From a bacterium (lineage in GTDB: Bacteria > DRYD01), in NCBI GenBank assembly GCA_039630415.1, contig JBCNVB010000011.1, forward strand, positions 29,119 to 93,118: a stretch of DNA of 64,000 bases, given 5' to 3'. The notes under the pieces are model-generated. The model was not told the origin of the DNA, made no database searches, and saw only the letters and a program-made list of their open reading frames with translations. Shown here one piece after another: positions 59,375 through 64,000 of the stretch. The number at the start of each line of letters is the position of its first letter. Positions within the stretch are counted from its first letter, which is position 1. Position numbers and translations under genes: made by a program.

Positions 59375-61432
59375 ATGATAACTAACGTTAATAATTATAA
59401 TAATGTTTATAATTTCAATGTTTATAGTCCGATTCAATCCAATTTTGAGAATAATATCAATGTAAACAACGTTAACATATATAACATAAACATATATAAC
59501 CCTGTTAATGCTGAAAATACTATAGCTATGCAGTATCAATTAATGCAGTTACAATGGTTACTGATACAGCTTTTAATGATTCTACTGGGTGGAGAAGGAA
59601 CTGATCAATGGAACAGGATGCATAATAATTATGGTAGATATTTTGGTGATGAAGGTAATGTTTATAATAATTTTCCTAATCTTCAGCCTCAAAGTCCTCA
59701 ATTACAAAACCCACCAATACAAGACAGTCCAAGAGTACAAAACGGTCCAAGAATAAGTGATAGTCCGTCAGGGGTGAACCAAGGTCCAAGAGAAGTATAC
59801 AGTGAAAGAGATAGATTAGTTGATGAAAGATCAAATAGTACTCCACCTGGACAAACTTCTGATGCTCAACGAACACCTGATAGTAGACAAACATCTGTTG
59901 ACAGACAGCAAGCATCGCAGAGACGAGAAGAAGGTGAAAGATACAGAATAGGGTATGAATACGAATCGGGTGTAGAAGTTGGCTATCAATATGGGGATAG
60001 TCAGGTAAAGGGTAAACAAAGTTTTAGAACTAAAGGTGAGGCTGAAGCAGAGTGGTCAAGAGGACAGGATGAGACTGGAAGTTACGAGGATGCCAGGGTA
60101 AGAGGTGAAGCTGAAAGTGAAATAGCTATAGAGGGTGAATATAGATCGGGTGATACAAGCATAAGAGGAAGGGTTTCACGTAAGGTTGAGGGGCATGGTG
60201 AGATAGAAGGAAATGTAACTACCAGTGAGGGTACTAGAAGAGCTAAATTTGGTGCAGGAGTTGGGGTAAGTGAAACTAACAGTGGAAGGGTAGAAGTAGA
60301 ATCGGGAGATAGTTCAGCTTATGTACAGGCTGACCAGCAATCTAGTGCTGAGGCAGGTGTTAAAGCGGAATATATAGAAGGTGGTGGCGGAGTTTACGTG
60401 GAGGGAGGAATAGGTGGAAAGTTTACCAAAAAAGAAGGGGTTGAAACAGGTGCTAAAATAGAGGATTCTGGTGTATCTGTTAGAGCTGAAAGACAAGTAG
60501 AGGCAAAAGCTGTTGCTGAAGCTAAGTTAGGTTATGGTGTAGGTCGTGAAAAAGCTCAAGGAAGAGATGAAATAGTAGCAAAAGCAGGTGCTCGTGTTAG
60601 TGCTGAAGCTTCGGTTGGAATGGGGTTCAGAGTTCAAGCGGCAGCAGAGTCTTCAGAAGGATACATAAAAGGAGGCGTGTCTTTGTCCAAAAATGAAGGA
60701 GTTGGAGGTACTATAGGATATGCTAGTGAAGCTAGGATAGATACTAATAGCTGGAATCTGAAATTCTCTACCGTTATTGACTCGGGTATCAAAGTCATTA
60801 AGGGATTTGAAGTCGGTATAGATTTTGAGGGACAAGTGGGATTACAAAGAGAAATATCAGAGTTAAGAAATGAGCTTGAGCAAAGAATAGCAGAAGAAGA
60901 ACAAAGAATAATTCAAAATCAAATGAATCAAGCAAATCAAACAAATCAAACAAATCAGGCAAATCAAACAAGACAGCAAAATCAGACAAGAGGTGTACAA
61001 AACCAAAACTTAGATAGAAATCAAATAAGGCAAAGAGCAAGAGAAGTAGTACTTAGTAATGTTCCTAATTGGCAATCTAAATTACAGGTTATAAGATCTA
61101 GTGTGGAACAAAAAACCCATAATATACTTACTGCTTTTTCTAACAAAGCTATTGATAGACTTGCAGAAGCAATTGAAAGGGGAGAAATTAATCCAGAGTA
61201 TTTAGTTCAAACAAATTCAACGGGTGAAAATAATAGAGGCATTTTAGGATGGATTGTTCAGAATACCTCAAGAGCTTTCGGAGTTAATACTTTTGTGGCT
61301 ACTGCTGTTAGAGCACTGAAAGGTTTAGTTGGTTTTAAAGGCTTTTTATTATCTAAAATTATAAACCTCCTTACACCTACCATAAGCATGGCCATATATG
61401 AAATAAAGCCTCAAGACGTGGTTAAATCTTAA
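59375..61432 (+). CDS. Hypothetical Gly-rich beta-strand / coiled-coil protein, paralog 2 of 3
   Basis: Asn-rich N-terminus, QLQWLLIQLLMILLGGEGTDQWNR, EARIDTNSWN, REISELRNEL, AIYEIKPQDVVK. Confidence 0.85.
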   Translation: MITNVNNYNNVYNFNVYSPIQSNFENNINVNNVNIYNINIYNPVNAENTIAMQYQLMQLQWLLIQLLMILLGGEGTDQWNRMHNNYGRYFGDEGNVYNNFPNLQPQSPQLQNPPIQDSPRVQNGPRISDSPSGVNQGPREVYSERDRLVDERSNSTPPGQTSDAQRTPDSRQTSVDRQQASQRREEGERYRIGYEYESGVEVGYQYGDSQVKGKQSFRTKGEAEAEWSRGQDETGSYEDARVRGEAESEIAIEGEYRSGDTSIRGRVSRKVEGHGEIEGNVTTSEGTRRAKFGAGVGVSETNSGRVEVESGDSSAYVQADQQSSAEAGVKAEYIEGGGGVYVEGGIGGKFTKKEGVETGAKIEDSGVSVRAERQVEAKAVAEAKLGYGVGREKAQGRDEIVAKAGARVSAEASVGMGFRVQAAAESSEGYIKGGVSLSKNEGVGGTIGYASEARIDTNSWNLKFSTVIDSGIKVIKGFEVGIDFEGQVGLQREISELRNELEQRIAEEEQRIIQNQMNQANQTNQTNQANQTRQQNQTRGVQNQNLDRNQIRQRAREVVLSNVPNWQSKLQVIRSSVEQKTHNILTAFSNKAIDRLAEAIERGEINPEYLVQTNSTGENNRGILGWIVQNTSRAFGVNTFVATAVRALKGLVGFKGFLLSKIINLLTPTISMAIYEIKPQDVVKS
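60925..60970 (+). repeat. 9-bp coding tandem repeat (NQA/NQT)
   Basis: aatcaagca aatcaaaca aatcaaaca aatcaggca aatcaaaca. Confidence 0.8.
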
Positions 61433-61468
61433 GAAATGATTTTTTTTTTCATAAATTGACAAAAAATA

Positions 61469-61535
61469 TGTAAAAAAAATGTAAAAAAGTAGCAGGTTTG
61501 TATTTAGTTTTTTGATCTTTGGGTTGATATATACT
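61469..61535 (+). promoter_or_regulatory. Candidate promoter of paralog 3: TGTAAA-N5-TGTAAA direct repeat and TATACT -10
   Basis: TGTAAA at 61469 and 61480, GGGTTGA, TATACT at 61530. Confidence 0.45.
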
Positions 61536-61576
61536 TAGTAGTAAAGATCATTATTAAGCTTGGAGGGAATTAGGCT

Positions 61577-63454
61577 ATGATAATTGGGAATAACTCAAAC
61601 ATAACGGGCACTGTAAGTTCGTTTCATTTGAACATGAATACTGTTAATATAAATGTAACAAATATAAACATAAATTCTTCCAATTCTATTGATGTTCAGA
61701 ATGATATAAGGTTGAGAATGCAGTTACAGTGGGTTTTAATTCAATTGCTAATGGCTTTACTTGGTGGTGAAGGAACTGATGAATGGAATAGGCTATGGAA
61801 TGATTATGGTGGATATTTTAATCATGGTATGGGTAATATTTTAGAACGTTTGGGTATTCCATCATTGAGTAGTCCCGTTTTATTAGCTGACAACGGTCTA
61901 TCTACAAATGTTAGTAATGCTACTAGCAATAGTCCGTATAATGTTGGTATTAACCATAACGCTACTAGTAGTAGTCAAAGTGTTACTGGTGGTAGTCAAA
62001 GTGTTACTAGTGGTAGTCAAGGTGTTACTAGTGGTAGTCAAAGTGCTGCTAGTGGTAGTCAGGGTGTTACTGGTGGCGGTCAAAGTGCTAATGGTAGTGC
62101 ACCTACTGGTAGTAGGCCGAATTACGCTAGTAATAGTCCAAATCCTAGTTCAGTTAATAACAATAACGTACCCAGGAATAATAATGAGTCTGATAGTTTT
62201 AATTATCATATAAGTAGAGGATCTAATGTAAAAGTTGAGAGATCTGGACAGGCTAATATAGGTAACCTTACCGTCAAACAAAATTATTCTGTTGGTGCTA
62301 GTTCAAATGAAAGTGCTACGGTAACTTCTACTAGGAGTAGGAGTGGGTTATATGGGAGAGCCGAGATTAATACTGAAGCAAATGCTGGAATTTCTGGAAG
62401 TACAGAAATTAGGTTAGGGGATAAAGCTGTACATGCACGTACTGAAGCTAAAGCAGGTACTCAATTACAGGGCAAAGCAGAAGGTATGATAGGTAAAGGT
62501 GCTTATGGTGAGGTAGGTTTAGAAGCAAACCTAAAGGCAAGTTTTTCTAGCGAGGTTGGAGCAAAACACGGTGACGCAGGAGTATCTGTGGGTGTTAAGG
62601 GTGAAGCTGGTGCAACCGCAAAAGCTGGATTAAAATTTGGGGTTGGAATTGGACGTGATAATGACGAAATAGTTGCCAAAGCTGGATTGCATGCAGGTGC
62701 AGAGGCTAACCTATCTGCATCCGGCACTACTACTATAAGAGCAGAGAATAGTGATGGTTATATACAAGGTTCACTAGGACTTTCTGGTAATGTAGGAGTT
62801 GGTGGTACTTTGGGGTTTGGTACAGAGGCTCGTGTTGATACCAATAGTTGGAACGTAAACTTCTCAACTGTTATACAGCTTGGTTTTGGAATCGTTTTTG
62901 GATTCGATGGAGATTTAGGTATACAAGGACAAATAAGTATAAATAGAGAAATTTCAGAGCTGAGGAATGAGCTAAATCAACAGATAAAGCAAGAAGAACA
63001 GAAGTTACTACAGAATGAAATAAATCGAATCAATTCCCAGGGGGCTTCTCAGGTTCAACGAACGCAATCAAAACCAACGATAGATAGGAACAAGATAAGA
63101 CAGCAAGCTAGAAGTATTGTTTTAAACAATGTTCCGAATTGGAGATCTAGATTGGATGTTGTAAAGAGGTCTTTTGATAATAAGGCAAGGAATATATTTG
63201 TTGATTTTGCAAACAAAACTTTGGAAGAGATGGCTAGAAGAAAAGAGCAAAAAGAGGCAAGTAATAAAGGTGGTAATAATATATGGCAATCTGCTAGGAA
63301 GACATTAGTAGGTGTTACTTCGGAAGGATTGAGAGCGTTAAAGGGTGCAAATAGTATGGTTGGTGCTTTGCTTTCTTTAATGTTAAATTCGTTAGTACCG
63401 TCTATAAAGGCTGCTATATATAGCATTAGGCCACAGGATGTAGTGAAGGGATAG
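61577..63454 (+). CDS. Hypothetical Gly-rich beta-strand / coiled-coil protein, paralog 3 of 3
   Basis: Asn-rich N-terminus, QLQWVLIQLLMALLGGEGTDEWNR, EARVDTNSWN, REISELRNEL, AIYSIRPQDVVK; SD GGAGG. Confidence 0.85.
   Translation: MIIGNNSNITGTVSSFHLNMNTVNINVTNININSSNSIDVQNDIRLRMQLQWVLIQLLMALLGGEGTDEWNRLWNDYGGYFNHGMGNILERLGIPSLSSPVLLADNGLSTNVSNATSNSPYNVGINHNATSSSQSVTGGSQSVTSGSQGVTSGSQSAASGSQGVTGGGQSANGSAPTGSRPNYASNSPNPSSVNNNNVPRNNNESDSFNYHISRGSNVKVERSGQANIGNLTVKQNYSVGASSNESATVTSTRSRSGLYGRAEINTEANAGISGSTEIRLGDKAVHARTEAKAGTQLQGKAEGMIGKGAYGEVGLEANLKASFSSEVGAKHGDAGVSVGVKGEAGATAKAGLKFGVGIGRDNDEIVAKAGLHAGAEANLSASGTTTIRAENSDGYIQGSLGLSGNVGVGGTLGFGTEARVDTNSWNVNFSTVIQLGFGIVFGFDGDLGIQGQISINREISELRNELNQQIKQEEQKLLQNEINRINSQGASQVQRTQSKPTIDRNKIRQQARSIVLNNVPNWRSRLDVVKRSFDNKARNIFVDFANKTLEEMARRKEQKEASNKGGNNIWQSARKTLVGVTSEGLRALKGANSMVGALLSLMLNSLVPSIKAAIYSIRPQDVVKG
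61961..62098 (+). repeat. 21-bp coding tandem repeat, about 6 units, encoding SQ(S/G)VT(G/S)G
   Basis: Recurrent gtgttactRgtggtagtcaa units. Confidence 0.88.
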
Positions 63455-63606
63455 TTATTGACAAAAATCAATATTTTTGAGGATTTATTGGTAGAAGGAA
63501 AGGTTCGATGAGTGTAAAAAAGTTTATAATGGAGCCCCTGAAAAGGGGTTGCCGCGAGGAGAAAGAAAAGTAGGGGTAGCTAGCGGGGTCCAGGTAAAGT
63601 TAAAGT

Positions 63607-64000
63607 ATTGTGGAGGGTTTGATCCTGGCCCAGGATGAACGCTGACGGGACGCCTAACACATGCAAGTCGAGCGATCGGCTTACCGGGGTAACTCGGTAA
63701 GTACGGAGCGGCGAACGGGCGAGTAACGCGTGGCTAACCTACCCGCAAGTGGGGGATAACTCCGGGAAACTGGAGCTAATACCCCATAAGCTCACGACCC
63801 GTTGTGGGTTGTGAGAAAAGGAGCAATCCGCTTGCGGAGGGGGCTGCGTCCTATCAGCTAGTTGGTGAGGTAATGGCTCACCAAGGCTATGACGGGTAGC
63901 CGGCCTGAGAGGGTGGTCGGCCGCAAGGGGACTGAGACACGGCCCCTATCCCTACGGGGGGCAGCAGTGGGGAATCGTAGGCAATGCCCGAAAGGGTGAC
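63607..64000 (+). rRNA. rrs: 16S rRNA, 5' part (truncated by window end)
   Basis: GTTTGATCCTGG, CCTAACACATGCAAGTCGA, GGCGAGTAAC, CCTACGGG..GGCAGCAG; 5' end is approximate. Confidence 0.97.

Noticed and set aside
60365-60378. GCGGAATATATAG as a fourth pseudoknot copy
   Set aside because: It lies inside a coding region with no upstream WCYGC partner and no second stem.
63458-63486. TTGACA as the -35 of the rRNA promoter
   Set aside because: No -10 hexamer at 16-18 nt spacing; the TATAAT at 63525 is too far away and has no clear -35 of its own.

Overview
AT-rich (roughly 30% GC by eye) bacterial chromosome segment, mostly housekeeping genes in a heavily shuffled order. The TamB-like protein and TonB-dependent receptor point to a diderm cell, and the GC-rich tRNA and 16S against an AT-rich genome suggest a thermophile (inference; taxonomy not assignable without a search). 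Contents from left to right: rpsB; a polysaccharide-modification cluster with a decayed methyltransferase; the S10-spc ribosomal operon, truncated so that rplF is followed directly by rpmJ-rpsM; a frameshifted yqgF; rplJ-rplL detached from rpoB; a long minus-strand run of mixed genes (kamD, an unannotated Zn-finger ORF, EF-G paralog, HerA, sdhC, pepF, FabL-like SDR, gdh); type IV pilus-like genes; a second amidotransferase/glycosyltransferase cluster; tRNA-Met; a c-di-GMP cassette with a TonB receptor; three tandem paralogous Gly-rich proteins of unknown function; and the 5' end of 16S rRNA. Best novel candidate: three copies of a compact H-type RNA pseudoknot (consensus WCYGC...GCGGWATAWAA, with a second stem that differs in sequence but keeps its pairing). 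Each copy lies directly after a stop codon and before the next co-directional gene (rplE, rplL, FabL-like), and two of those genes have no Shine-Dalgarno. The second candidate is the three-paralog array, whose first and third genes share upstream motifs.
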